The notes below the pieces were generated by a model. That model did not search any database. It was not told the origin of the DNA and saw only the letters and a list, made by a program, of their open reading frames with translations. Made by a program: the position numbers and the translations under genes. A DNA stretch of 64,000 nt. Origin: a virus. How positions within the stretch are numbered: the first letter of the stretch is position 1; each line of letters begins with the position of its first letter. The stretch spans positions 64,001-128,000 of the IMG/VR virus record IMGVR_UViG_3300046779_002349. The stretch is one strand, 5' to 3'. This document shows, piece after piece, positions 1 to 9,993 of the stretch.

Positions 1-1426
1 GTGTAGCAGACCCTACCCCAGACGCATCTTCACCAAGAGCTTTTGTAATGTCTCGGTCAGATAGGTTCGTTGTATCGGAAATATTGAATCTTGTTTTAAA
101 GTCAGAAAGAAGTCTTTGTTGTTTAACTGGGTCTAGTTCTGTCCGCATCTGCTCCGCTAGTTTGATAGCTGCAGCTTTTGCTTCTGGGCCCTTCATTGAT
201 GCTTCATAAGCAATCCTTCTTTGCTCCACGAGGTTCTGTTCGTTGTGGGCTCCTGCAATATCAGAGGCGACCGTATTTGCAACCTCTGCATTAGACTGAG
301 TTCCTCCGCTGTCTCTATTCAGCCTTTGTTGATATATAATTCTGGCAGTTACGTCTTGCCCTGTTGTTGCCGCTGCGCTATCCGATCCATAAATCTGAGC
401 CAAGGCTGCTACTGTGTGTTGGTTTCTAGCTGCAAATCCACCTAGGTCGGATGCGAAACCAGCTGCTCGAGCGTTTCTTGTGAATCTATTGACATCTGCC
501 GAAGCTTTATTAAGCGCACCCTCCAATCTCATGTCTACGCCTGTAATTCCCTGTAGTGCGTCTAGTTTTAATTCTTTTGCCAGGTCTCCATAAATGTTCT
601 GGAGTTTTACAACTATCTTGTTACCTTTTTTAATTTCTTCTGCCTGCTTTTTCATCTCTCGCTCATCCAAGACAAAGCTAGAATTTGTTTTAAGCGCTGT
701 GTCTAGCATTCCTTTAACATCCCCTGAGGTAGAAGAGTTGCTTACTAGGGAGGATAAAGCGGCACGTAGCTTGGTTTCATCATTACCAACACTCAGCATG
801 ATATCTCTCACCTGCTTAACTCCAGCAATATTACCATCACTTTCTAGGTCTTTAATTACTCGATTTGTTCTATCAAACAATGTATTGTTTTGAAAAGAGC
901 CTATTCGCCTATTAGCGAACATACCGGTACGAGCCAGCTGCTGTTGTATTCCGCCTATAGTAGTTACGTCGAGTCCTTGCGTAAACTCAGTATTACCAGT
1001 TCCGTTCGCATTGGTCATGCGTTTATCTATTTCTCGGAACATTTGCTGGGCTATTATGTTCGCTGCTGGACCTGGACCATAGAGGGATTGCGTCGATCTA
1101 CCGAATGACTGCACCCCGAATCCGCCAAACTGCGCCGAGTTAACTAGACCAGCCATAAGGTCAACGTGACTTCCGTTTCCGAACATATTGTTCATGTAAC
1201 TAGCCCCTTGACGGTATACTAGGCCTTGTTTGGTATTAAATAGCCTTTGAGCCACCTCCAATGGTGTTCCTCCGTTTGCTGCTCTCTCAGCCAGTCTAGC
1301 TGCAGCCAGAGTCCGTCTATTATTCATAGCGGACCACTCGAGCATCTGCTGCATAGTCGATGTGTGACCACTTGCCATTATGCGCTCGTAGTCTGATGGG
1401 AAATATGCTCCTGATCCGTCAATCAT
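1..1426 (-). CDS. probable tape measure protein, 5' part (runs off window start; absent from ORF track)
   Basis: Manual translation from ATG at 1426 (MIDGSGAYFPSDYERIMASG...) is open to position 1. It is Ala/Gly/Gln-rich, has an ATGA overlap with the upstream gene and lies directly after the chaperone pair. Confidence 0.7.
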   Translation of the reverse strand, partial: MIDGSGAYFPSDYERIMASGHTSTMQQMLEWSAMNNRRTLAAARLAERAANGGTPLEVAQRLFNTKQGLVYRQGASYMNNMFGNGSHVDLMAGLVNSAQFGGFGVQSFGRSTQSLYGPGPAANIIAQQMFREIDKRMTNANGTGNTEFTQGLDVTTIGGIQQQLARTGMFANRRIGSFQNNTLFDRTNRVIKDLESDGNIAGVKQVRDIMLSVGNDETKLRAALSSLVSNSSTSGDVKGMLDTALKTNSSFVLDEREMKKQAEEIKKGNKIVVKLQNIYGDLAKELKLDALQGITGVDMRLEGALNKASADVNRFTRNARAAGFASDLGGFAARNQHTVAALAQIYGSDSAAATTGQDVTARIIYQQRLNRDSGGTQSNAEVANTVASDIAGAHNEQNLVEQRRIAYEASMKGPEAKAAAIKLAEQMRTELDPVKQQRLLSDFKTRFNISDTTNLSDRDITKALGEDASGVGSAT

Positions 1427-1860
1427 TTTTTATTTTTATTATTTCGGTATTCTTCGATTATCGCATGAACTTGATCCAGAGTAAAGCTGGTAGATTCCGA
1501 AAGCATACCTTTTTTAGAAAGTAGCTGCACAGCCTTAGCCATTTTTTCTCTAGAGTTTTCTGTTCTTCTTTGCTGGGTGGGCCCAAACTGGAATGAGAAT
1601 ACGCCTTCGATTCTGGACGATATTTCGTAAATAGAATCTAGTAACTCTTTTTTGACTTTTTCTGTTTTAGAGCAAGAGAAATATGTCTGTAAGTTACTAA
1701 GGTTTACTAAACTCATTTCCTTAGCAAACTCTAAAGCAGCTGCTTTAATAAACAGCTCTTCTCTTAGTCTGGACTTTATCCCGTTAGGGTAATCGGGTTT
1801 AATAAAATCTGGATTCCGCAGGTAAGCCAGAATCATTAATTGATACCTGCGGATTCCCAA
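1423..1860 (-). CDS. tail assembly chaperone, -1 frameshift extension (gpT-like)
   Basis: Begins with TTG immediately after the slippery heptamer A AAT TTT, in the -1 frame of the upstream ORF; precedes the tape measure gene. Confidence 0.65.
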   Translation of the reverse strand: MGIRRYQLMILAYLRNPDFIKPDYPNGIKSRLREELFIKAAALEFAKEMSLVNLSNLQTYFSCSKTEKVKKELLDSIYEISSRIEGVFSFQFGPTQQRRTENSREKMAKAVQLLSKKGMLSESTSFTLDQVHAIIEEYRNNKNKK

Positions 1861-2564
1861 AAATTTTCATTATTGAGATTGTCTAGACAAATTTTGCTTT
1901 TGTACTCGTGAATTCTAATTCCCATAACAATAGCTCCCCATACGTGTACGGGAATATTAGAAAGTACTTTATCTACATGAGCATTCAACTTCTCGTAATT
2001 ATAGGCAAAGTCTTTCGTATGGTCTGGATCAAAATCTGTATCTTTACTACCATACGACTTAACCTGACAAGCTGCCATGTACATCTGTAGTCTAAATACC
2101 ATACTATCCAACCCAAGTACTCTCTTTTCCTGTTCGTCTTTATTTAGAGCATCAAAAATAAGTTTGTCCGTAAACATAGTTCTTGATTTAACCTCGATAG
2201 GAAGTTTTCCGCCTAGTACGTAAGAAATAGTCGTAAACTTAGTGTCGTTTAAAACAGATTTGATAAACAAGTCCTTCTCGTAATTAGACACCTCTACTTT
2301 ACCGATGTCCGCAACTAGTGCGGTAAACATGTCCTGATAGGGTTTATGTTTAAAGTTGTCTTGCACAGGAATTTCTGGAACATCTACTTTACGGTATTCT
2401 GGTTCCTGTTCTAAACTTCCTTCCAACTCCTCTTTCTCTTCAGGTGTAAGTTCTACTGATTGTTCCACCTTTTCAAGTAATGACTTTTCTTGTTCCTGCG
2501 GTTCTTCAATTGTTTGCAGAAACTCTAAAACTTCTTGCGTGTCTTTATTATCTTCTTCGCTCAT
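1836..2564 (-). CDS. tail assembly chaperone (gpG-like)
   Basis: Acidic N-terminus; ends ...NENFWESAGIN over the slippery site. Start moved to MSEED (2564), downstream of TTGCTA-16-TACAAT. Confidence 0.6.
   Translation of the reverse strand: MSEEDNKDTQEVLEFLQTIEEPQEQEKSLLEKVEQSVELTPEEKEELEGSLEQEPEYRKVDVPEIPVQDNFKHKPYQDMFTALVADIGKVEVSNYEKDLFIKSVLNDTKFTTISYVLGGKLPIEVKSRTMFTDKLIFDALNKDEQEKRVLGLDSMVFRLQMYMAACQVKSYGSKDTDFDPDHTKDFAYNYEKLNAHVDKVLSNIPVHVWGAIVMGIRIHEYKSKICLDNLNNENFWESAGIN
1860..1866 (-). promoter_or_regulatory. programmed -1 frameshift slippery site A_AAU_UUU
   Basis: X_XXY_YYZ heptamer in frame at the end of 1836..2564; the -1 frame is exactly ORF 1423..1860. Confidence 0.7.
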
Positions 2565-2618
2565 ATTTACTGTGTATTGTAGGTAGAAATTAAATAATAG
2601 CAATATAAATATATTAAA

Positions 2619-5018
2619 TTATTTACTAACTTTGCGGGATATGGTCCGTGTCTTAATTTGTGGTTGATCCCATTCTTTAGACGGTTTTGTAGAAGGTTTA
2701 TTTAGATCTTCTCCTGCCGCAAAATCAGAATAGTTTTCTTCTTTTACTTCTAGTGTGGGCCATGGGAGTGATTCACTGTCTGTACGCTCTGCGGCTTTTA
2801 AGAAATCTTTACTGATCTCCCACGACTCATAAGCACTAAACTGTTCAGCATGAGTTTCTATGAAGTCTTGGGCAAATGGAATGAATAACGCTTCTTTTTT
2901 AGAGTTAGCTGGTAGTATCAGTCCGTGCTCTTGAAACTTCCAGAACTCTGCAAAGAAAGGAATAACTGTCTCGTCATATTTCTTCTCTAGAGTTTCCTTC
3001 TTCTCTACTAGGTCTGTAGATTTTTCGATTTCTATTTCTCTTGTTTCTTCCGGTTTGATTAATCGAATATGGTTATACGTTCCTGGTACTGAGTGACCTC
3101 TAGAGGTTCTGTGCCTTGTAGCTACTCTAGGTCCGAAAATTGCTCCCTTGCATCTAAGCGATTTCATTAAGAAGCACTTAACGCTGATAATCAATTCTCG
3201 TTTAGAAATCACTAGTTTGTTAATAATATTGATCTTTCTAGCATCGATAAACATACTCTTCGATTTAGTAACTACTTTATCCATAGCACTAAGGAATACT
3301 GATTTTCTTTTACTGTTAAGAACAACCTCGTTTTCCGCATTAATCATTACCGCCCCTTTCTTAGAGTCTACGAGTAAGTCTCCCTCTTCCTGAGTAAGTA
3401 CAGTTTCATTGTTAGAGTTAATTAATACAGAATTGTGAGGGGAGTCCAAAACGATTCCATAGCTTGCTGTGTCTCCATCTTCCGCATCTTTTCTAGAGTC
3501 AGATTTGAGCCATAGTTTTCCTTTTTCGCATAGAAAGCTTAATAGGGATCTCGACTTCATCACGATGCCTCCCTCGGAAGAGGCTACTTCCATATTCTTT
3601 TTAGATCTAATAAAGAAGTGTCTCCCTGCTACAAAAGTAATGTCTCTAGCCGCTTCCATTCTTATATCTTTAACAGAGGAAATCTCTACAATACCTCTAC
3701 CATGGTACACAGTTCCTCCCTCGTTATCCATGCTGAGAACAGACCCGTCTCTAAATATTCTAATGGTGGAGTAACCTTCCAGAAAAACAGAAGGGCCGTT
3801 CATTGTTTGGATGTCCCGTTCCTTATTATGCATGTCGGGCGGAGCTAGTTCGGATTCTTTGGGAACTTTAAATGTTTTGTCATTGTTTTCTCCAGCCATC
3901 TGATGAAAACGAAGTAAACTAGCGTGATTGCTGAGGTATCTGGCGTAGGATCTCAAACTGTAAGCACAATGATGCAGATCTGTAATCTTGTAGTCCCATT
4001 TTTTAAGGGCCTCGCTGTTCACCATTTCGTCAAACTGTTTACTAAGAAAACCTTCTGCATCTGTCTTATCTTTAATACGTTGAGGTACTACAATACGTAC
4101 AACCCGCTCTAAAGCAATTTCAGATACTGTTCTTAGAAGTATGTCTCCAGAGTTTCCTACGTGAATCTGAGCCTTTCCAGAAGCCAGTGCTGTAAGGTTG
4201 GATAAAGGATCCGCAACAAACATATTTATGAAATTACCTAGAAACCCAATATAGGCTCTAAACCTATGTCCGAAAGAAACAATAGGGTCGTTGTTTTCCA
4301 AGGCATCAAAATTTACATGGTGGCTTGCATTAGGAACTTTATCCTGCATGGGAGAGGTCAGGTTTAAAAGTTCATGGACGTAACTACCAAAAGTAACTTC
4401 CATATTTGGTCTACCATCATCAAAAATTCGTATATCTCCAAGCGGTGTTACACTATGATACTGCTCTGCAATAATGCGGATCATGTCATGCAGAAGGTGA
4501 GCTTCAATTTTTGCTCTATCTCCAGCTCTTACAGAAATAAGGTTTGTCAGGAATGCGATACCTACATTGAAAGCGTTTTCAATTTCAAACTCTCCTTCCA
4601 ACAGAGATGCAGATCCTTCTAAACCTCTATACATCTCTTGCTCAAAGTATTTCTCTCTGCTAAATTCTCCATCTCTAGTAATGGATAGAGCGTGATCTTC
4701 ATCCGCCTCTGGGTTATCTACAACTCCAATAATGAAAGATGGGTTTCCTACCAAGACCAAAACTCGAGTTCCTTCTGAGGGAAGTGATTTTACCCTATAC
4801 CCAAGAATGGGGGATGTAAACGATTTGGTTAGCCAGATGCACCCAAAAAGAGTATCGGCGGGAGAATATGTGGTAACAGTGCAAGTTCCGCTTTCCGCAT
4901 CGACAAAAGATATTTCTCCTAGGAGTAGTTGACCTATACTTGCCTGTGCTCTGTTCCCTGTATTCGTACTACCTAAAGCCGCGCCATGCTCTTTCGGATC
5001 GTAATTATTTCTGTTCAT
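2619..5018 (-). CDS. baseplate hub/spike protein (gp5/gpV/VgrG-like)
   Basis: N-terminal OB-fold-like segment (GEISFVD..GTCTV..WL..LPSEGTRVLVL) and a beta-helix-like repeat region (SVKDIRMEAARDITFVAGRH); located in the tail module. Confidence 0.6.
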   Translation of the reverse strand: MNRNNYDPKEHGAALGSTNTGNRAQASIGQLLLGEISFVDAESGTCTVTTYSPADTLFGCIWLTKSFTSPILGYRVKSLPSEGTRVLVLVGNPSFIIGVVDNPEADEDHALSITRDGEFSREKYFEQEMYRGLEGSASLLEGEFEIENAFNVGIAFLTNLISVRAGDRAKIEAHLLHDMIRIIAEQYHSVTPLGDIRIFDDGRPNMEVTFGSYVHELLNLTSPMQDKVPNASHHVNFDALENNDPIVSFGHRFRAYIGFLGNFINMFVADPLSNLTALASGKAQIHVGNSGDILLRTVSEIALERVVRIVVPQRIKDKTDAEGFLSKQFDEMVNSEALKKWDYKITDLHHCAYSLRSYARYLSNHASLLRFHQMAGENNDKTFKVPKESELAPPDMHNKERDIQTMNGPSVFLEGYSTIRIFRDGSVLSMDNEGGTVYHGRGIVEISSVKDIRMEAARDITFVAGRHFFIRSKKNMEVASSEGGIVMKSRSLLSFLCEKGKLWLKSDSRKDAEDGDTASYGIVLDSPHNSVLINSNNETVLTQEEGDLLVDSKKGAVMINAENEVVLNSKRKSVFLSAMDKVVTKSKSMFIDARKINIINKLVISKRELIISVKCFLMKSLRCKGAIFGPRVATRHRTSRGHSVPGTYNHIRLIKPEETREIEIEKSTDLVEKKETLEKKYDETVIPFFAEFWKFQEHGLILPANSKKEALFIPFAQDFIETHAEQFSAYESWEISKDFLKAAERTDSESLPWPTLEVKEENYSDFAAGEDLNKPSTKPSKEWDQPQIKTRTISRKVSK

Positions 5019-5053
5019 GCGCCTATATTACATTTATTTTTCATTAAAACAAG

Positions 5054-5086
5054 AAAAACCTGAGGTAAATTTCTTTACCTCAGGTT
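5054..5086 (-). terminator. intrinsic terminator after tail tube gene
   Basis: Inverted repeat aacctgaggtaaa/tttacctcaggtt followed by a U-tract on the minus strand. Confidence 0.8.
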
Positions 5087-5112
5087 AACACACACATCAC
5101 ACAAACAAAGTA

Positions 5113-5553
5113 TTACGAGAAATCAGACACTTTAATATTCATGGTCTCGGTAATGAAGGTTTGACCAGCTTGAATGGTGAATCCAACACCTTGAATAATA
5201 CCTCCCGTGAATGTCGCAGAAACGCCACCACAAGAGCAACCATCCGAACCATTAGCGTTGATAGCTACAGATTGAATGAAACCGCAAGCGTCTCCATTTA
5301 CATCTTCAAAAAGTTTTCCACACGTTGCGTATCTACCAATATTAATACTGCCAGTAGAGGGACCCACACCGAAGTATACGCTTGGTTCTCCAACAACATA
5401 GAGATCTTGAATATTCTGTGAAAGTTCTCCTTGAATGCTGTTGGCAAGTCCACTTCCTACACCATTAGCACCGCCAATGGTGAGTTTAACGTAGTCGGGA
5501 GATGCGAACTGTTGTGTCGATTTTGCTTGTCTATTTTTTCCGAAGAAACTCAT
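5113..5553 (-). CDS. tail tube protein
   Basis: 146 aa, beta-rich, directly downstream of the sheath-like gene. Confidence 0.65.
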   Translation of the reverse strand: MSFFGKNRQAKSTQQFASPDYVKLTIGGANGVGSGLANSIQGELSQNIQDLYVVGEPSVYFGVGPSTGSINIGRYATCGKLFEDVNGDACGFIQSVAINANGSDGCSCGGVSATFTGGIIQGVGFTIQAGQTFITETMNIKVSDFS

Positions 5554-5580
5554 ATTTTTATTATTGTTAGTTTGATTTTA

Positions 5581-8499
5581 TTATGCTGCGGTTACTACTT
5601 CCGATACTGCTTCGAGTTCTACTTCGATAACATTCATTGGAAGAGGAATTGCTACCGTTACTTTAACAATCACTCTGTCTCTAAAGGTGGGGTGATTGAT
5701 AACGGTTACTTTGCCTGGGGATTTATCAGCATCGTAGAAATTGATGATTTGAGGACCTACGTCGATGTCAGACAGCGTGGTAGTTCTAGCATTGTCCAAA
5801 ATCAAGAATACTTCGTGATTAAGAATTGCTAGCGTAGTAGGAGTTACATTTCTGCGTCCCACAAACTTGTCCAGAGCATCTTTAATCTGCAAGGAGAGAT
5901 TGTCTACATTTACACCAACAGAGTCTTCGTAGTACAGTCTACCGCTGTCTACATCAGTTGTCAGCTGATGTCTCACTACGACTTGCGATCCTTCATTATC
6001 CTGCATGACGATCATTACACCGTTAGCAGCTGCCTTATTCAGCAGGTTTCTGGTGTAGCGAGAGTACATAGCTGGAGTCTCCGTAACACTTGTGACTTGT
6101 ACTTTAGTAAGACCAAGTTGAGGTTTCAATGCTGCCCGACGTGCTGCGATCTCAGCTCCAATAAATTTGACTGGTAGTGTAAATTCATTTCCGTCCACAT
6201 CCACACTCACAGGAGAATCACTCCAAATAAGGACACCTCTTCTGTTTCTAACCGACTTAGCCAGTTCGGAAACATACTCCACTTGGTTTTCTGGAGCATT
6301 TTTCTTAAAGATGGTGGCGTCAACAGCGGGGGAGATTTCTAGGTTTGGAGCGGACTCGGTGGTGATCAGTAGCTCATAGTCTGAGATGACTTGTTGCACC
6401 ACAAAATCAGTTCCAAAAATTCTAACGACATCACCAGGGAAAACGTCTTTAGAAACCAATTGTGCATCCTCTGTGAAAGATACTAGTCTGTTTGCGCCAT
6501 CGTAGTCTGTAATAGTTGCTTTAAGCGGGGTTCCGTCCAAGTATGTCGAGATTGCCACAAACTCACTAGGAACGTCTACACCGAAGTAAACTCGTCTAAA
6601 GTTCTTTACGGTTTTGGCGGACATTGCTTCTGCATGGTCCACAGCTGCGGAGAAGGCTGCGTGGTCATCACTCACAACTCCCAAAGCGTAGGTTTGGTCG
6701 GTAGACTCAATTTTCTCTAGCGATTTTGCAATATCTTCAGCACTATCGCTAGCGGTACGCAGGGCGAAAAAGATTTGACTTGGAGATGCTTTCCAAGCAA
6801 GATAGGTTGCGAAGGCCAGATCATTCTCTGGAACAATAGGTCCGAAAGCTTTAACGTCGTCCAGGTTACGCACAGTTACTTTGTTTTCCGTGGCAAGTGG
6901 AGTCTTGGCGGCTTTCCAGTTGGAGTAAATAGTTCCTACACCATCCACAAGGGGGACGAATTCATTACCTACGTTCCTACCGGAAACTTTCCACAACAGA
7001 CTAGGATTATAGGAAACTGACGTTTTGGATACGTCCAGTGCGAAACCGTCTCCGTCTGGTTGATTACCTTTTACGGAACCGTTAGCAGAACCACGTAGTT
7101 TAATGTTCGTCAACGCACCACCATGAGTTACAGGTCCATCTAAAATAAGGGCGGTAAACTCAGTAGTCGACGTTTTTGCTGCAACGGCATTGATGAAGTA
7201 AATGTCGTTTTTACGAAGGCCTTTTTGTGGAAGATCCTTGATGTCGACATAGTCCAACTCGACCTCAACTCCATTGGAGATTGCGATTTCCACGTTAGTT
7301 GCTGTGTAAGGAATCGTGCGAGTAAAAGCGGTGAATGATCCTCTAGCATCATAAACTTGCACGATAGCAGAATCTCCTGCTTGGTAGCTACCTTGGATGA
7401 CTTTTACATAATAAGTATTATCTACGCTACCAGTAAACAGAGATGTTCCCGACGTGATCATGCTTCCGGATTCGACTGGAGCGTAATCAACATAGTAACG
7501 GAATCCTATACTGTCACCAACTTGAGGTGTTTGGTCGGGGTATAGATTTGCCTCAAATGCGGAGAAACCAGTCAGCGAAACAATATTCGCAAAGTTGAAG
7601 GTGGTCAAGGAGTTTGCCACGCTGAAGCTAACCAGGGAGTTAATAACCCCATTGCTGGAGGTTACTCTTGCGGTACCTGTGTTGGTGCTGGTGTTAAAGC
7701 TGACTACAGAAATATTGATGCTAAGACCAGCGTAAGTGACGCCATCCACAGTAAAGCTATGTCCGAGCATGTTCACTCTACGATTCGGGCTGTTAGCTCC
7801 AGAAGCCCAGGACGAGGGTTGTGCACCAACAGCAGTGAAACTACCAGTAGCTGTAATCTCGTTAGGCTCAAATTCCACTCCAGCGGGAACCCCAACTTGT
7901 ACAGAAGTAGTTTTAGCTACTGGGTTCGAGCTAGCTGCAGCAAAAAGCGTATCGTCTTTTTCCGTATTGGAGCCGAGCGTAGAGGCTACTGGTTTTCCTA
8001 CAAAACCCGTTACTTTTCTACGGATGGGAGTTCCACCAGTAGCGGTATTGTAGCAAAGCACAGTGTCGCCAATGCTGACTGGGCGTCCTTCTAGCGCGCT
8101 CCACAGAACTCCATCGCCAGCAACTCTCAAATTTTTGCTAGTTACAGCAATGTTGTTTCTGGTTCCTTTAGTCGCATCAATTCCGTTATCTTCGTCAAAA
8201 TCACTAGGATCCACCAATTCGAACTCCGCATCCTTAACGAGTACATCGAGACTCGATTCATCTAGTTTATGAACTAGGCCGAGAGAGTCGACTTCTACGA
8301 GATTACCGTCTCGTGTAAAAGAGAGTTCAAAAGTGTCGCCTTCAGTGGAAAAAACTTTTTCACTAAAATCGCCAGTGAAACCTGGAGACTCGTATTGAGT
8401 GCCGACAATGCAAGCTGCTTGTCTTGGCGTAGTAGGATCTAGCTCAACCGCTAATTTTTGGTCGATGTTTAGTTGTGGTTCAGTATAATTTAAGATCAT
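5581..8499 (-). CDS. tail sheath protein
   Basis: 972 aa with a sheath-like C-terminus (NKAAANGVMIV..VVRHQLTTD..EDSVGVNVD..VAIPLPMNVIEV); followed by a tube-sized gene. Confidence 0.75.
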   Translation of the reverse strand: MILNYTEPQLNIDQKLAVELDPTTPRQAACIVGTQYESPGFTGDFSEKVFSTEGDTFELSFTRDGNLVEVDSLGLVHKLDESSLDVLVKDAEFELVDPSDFDEDNGIDATKGTRNNIAVTSKNLRVAGDGVLWSALEGRPVSIGDTVLCYNTATGGTPIRRKVTGFVGKPVASTLGSNTEKDDTLFAAASSNPVAKTTSVQVGVPAGVEFEPNEITATGSFTAVGAQPSSWASGANSPNRRVNMLGHSFTVDGVTYAGLSINISVVSFNTSTNTGTARVTSSNGVINSLVSFSVANSLTTFNFANIVSLTGFSAFEANLYPDQTPQVGDSIGFRYYVDYAPVESGSMITSGTSLFTGSVDNTYYVKVIQGSYQAGDSAIVQVYDARGSFTAFTRTIPYTATNVEIAISNGVEVELDYVDIKDLPQKGLRKNDIYFINAVAAKTSTTEFTALILDGPVTHGGALTNIKLRGSANGSVKGNQPDGDGFALDVSKTSVSYNPSLLWKVSGRNVGNEFVPLVDGVGTIYSNWKAAKTPLATENKVTVRNLDDVKAFGPIVPENDLAFATYLAWKASPSQIFFALRTASDSAEDIAKSLEKIESTDQTYALGVVSDDHAAFSAAVDHAEAMSAKTVKNFRRVYFGVDVPSEFVAISTYLDGTPLKATITDYDGANRLVSFTEDAQLVSKDVFPGDVVRIFGTDFVVQQVISDYELLITTESAPNLEISPAVDATIFKKNAPENQVEYVSELAKSVRNRRGVLIWSDSPVSVDVDGNEFTLPVKFIGAEIAARRAALKPQLGLTKVQVTSVTETPAMYSRYTRNLLNKAAANGVMIVMQDNEGSQVVVRHQLTTDVDSGRLYYEDSVGVNVDNLSLQIKDALDKFVGRRNVTPTTLAILNHEVFLILDNARTTTLSDIDVGPQIINFYDADKSPGKVTVINHPTFRDRVIVKVTVAIPLPMNVIEVELEAVSEVVTAA

Positions 8500-8503
8500 G
8501 TCT

Positions 8504-9127
8504 TTAGTTTATTGAAATGTTTGATTCGATAACTTTGATACGATGGGTCTCTAAGTTTGCGCTAACGTAATAATTATAGCTAATATTAAAAATAATATCC
8601 AGATTAAAATTCTCCGCTGCATTAATTTTTTCTTTTTTAGGAGCACCCATACTTACTGGTTGGAAATGAACTAGACCAAGCATTTTTCTAACTTCATTTG
8701 CAATTGCGGTCAGAAACTCAAATGAAGACGTTGTGGCTACTAGGGTCTGTCCAGGAGTTTCAAATAAATGGTTAAAAATAATAGTAGTAGAACAATTCCA
8801 CGAATAAGTTATCTCATTCCCATCATCCGACTCAGCATTGATGTCCCCTAAATGTGTTTTATTGAATTGCACCTCCCCTAAAGTAATTTTAATTTTAGGC
8901 GCAGATTTACTAGTGGTTGGATTATCTTCCAGTGTAGTAGTAACTAGATTTTGTTTCCCTATGCAGGCTAAGTAGGGTTCATACTTTCCATGGTTACTAC
9001 TAGTTTCCCAGTGAGCAGCCAATAACAACTGAAAGAATTTTAAAATCTCTACATTATCAAGCACGGTAGGACAAAAATCCCTTATGTAGCATAATAGTTT
9101 CTTAGTATTTTCGTCTGAGTCTGTCAT
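8504..9127 (-). CDS. putative tail terminator/completion protein
   Basis: Size and position just upstream of the sheath gene; no diagnostic motif. Confidence 0.45.
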   Translation of the reverse strand: MTDSDENTKKLLCYIRDFCPTVLDNVEILKFFQLLLAAHWETSSNHGKYEPYLACIGKQNLVTTTLEDNPTTSKSAPKIKITLGEVQFNKTHLGDINAESDDGNEITYSWNCSTTIIFNHLFETPGQTLVATTSSFEFLTAIANEVRKMLGLVHFQPVSMGAPKKEKINAAENFNLDIIFNISYNYYVSANLETHRIKVIESNISIN

Positions 9128-9993
9128 AGTGCGGTGTTTACTGTTATTGACTTGTCAGGATCCAGATTTAACATAGGTAGAGGTATGCTATACCTAGAGT
9201 CATCTTTTGGTAGTTCCTCGGCAGCTACATCATAGGCTACTGGAAGATACCCTTTAAAGTAATAAGGAGTTATATTATTGGTGATCAGAAGTCTGGTATC
9301 TGTATTAGGAAGTACAATCATATTTCCTATTTCTGGTTTAGGAAATCCGAGTAGTCTTAACTGATATGCTTGGGTAAGTTTATTATTGGTAGAATTATCT
9401 GAATACTCTACAGACACTGGGCCTATGCTGACTATTTCCGCCCAAGTTTGGAATATTGTCGAAAACTCTTTTTCAAAGATCCCCCGCCCTTGATACATGT
9501 CTGGGGAATCTTTATCTCCCGATTTACAGGCAGATCCTAGTTTTGCTTGTAGTATACCGTCTACATCTCCGTTAAGCTGGCCTTCTATAGTTGGTATACA
9601 GTGCAAAATTCTTACTCCATTTCTAGAACGCATTCTTAGATACTCATTCTTTCTCATGTATCGCAATACTCCATACTCCGTTTTATTAAGCCCTTCGCTA
9701 TACATTCCTATAATTGGGGAGTCATAGTACTCACCATCTTTAAACAAGGTTAGCCTATAGAAATATTGTCTTTGTAAATTCTTGTCAGTTAAACCATTGT
9801 CTATGTAGAAGTTTTGATTGATTACAGGATTGTCTTCATTAAGTAATACCCAAGCATCAGAAACTTCTACACCGTCTGGGGATCGGTATACGTACACTTC
9901 ACCATCAGTGTAGTCAGGCAATAAAGTCCAGTTGACTAATGATTGCTCAAAGCCATATGCTGGTTGTACTTTAATGTCTGTAAAAACGTTCAT
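9124..9993 (-). CDS. putative neck/head-closure protein
   Basis: Position between adaptor and tail terminator; FN3-like N-terminal region (VNWT..VYRSPDG..FYID..YFYRL). Confidence 0.45.
   Translation of the reverse strand: MNVFTDIKVQPAYGFEQSLVNWTLLPDYTDGEVYVYRSPDGVEVSDAWVLLNEDNPVINQNFYIDNGLTDKNLQRQYFYRLTLFKDGEYYDSPIIGMYSEGLNKTEYGVLRYMRKNEYLRMRSRNGVRILHCIPTIEGQLNGDVDGILQAKLGSACKSGDKDSPDMYQGRGIFEKEFSTIFQTWAEIVSIGPVSVEYSDNSTNNKLTQAYQLRLLGFPKPEIGNMIVLPNTDTRLLITNNITPYYFKGYLPVAYDVAAEELPKDDSRYSIPLPMLNLDPDKSITVNTAL

Noticed and set aside
2619-8499. Bacterial T6SS/eCIS or tailocin locus
   Set aside because: Linked capsid, protease, scaffold and phage accessory genes indicate a complete phage.
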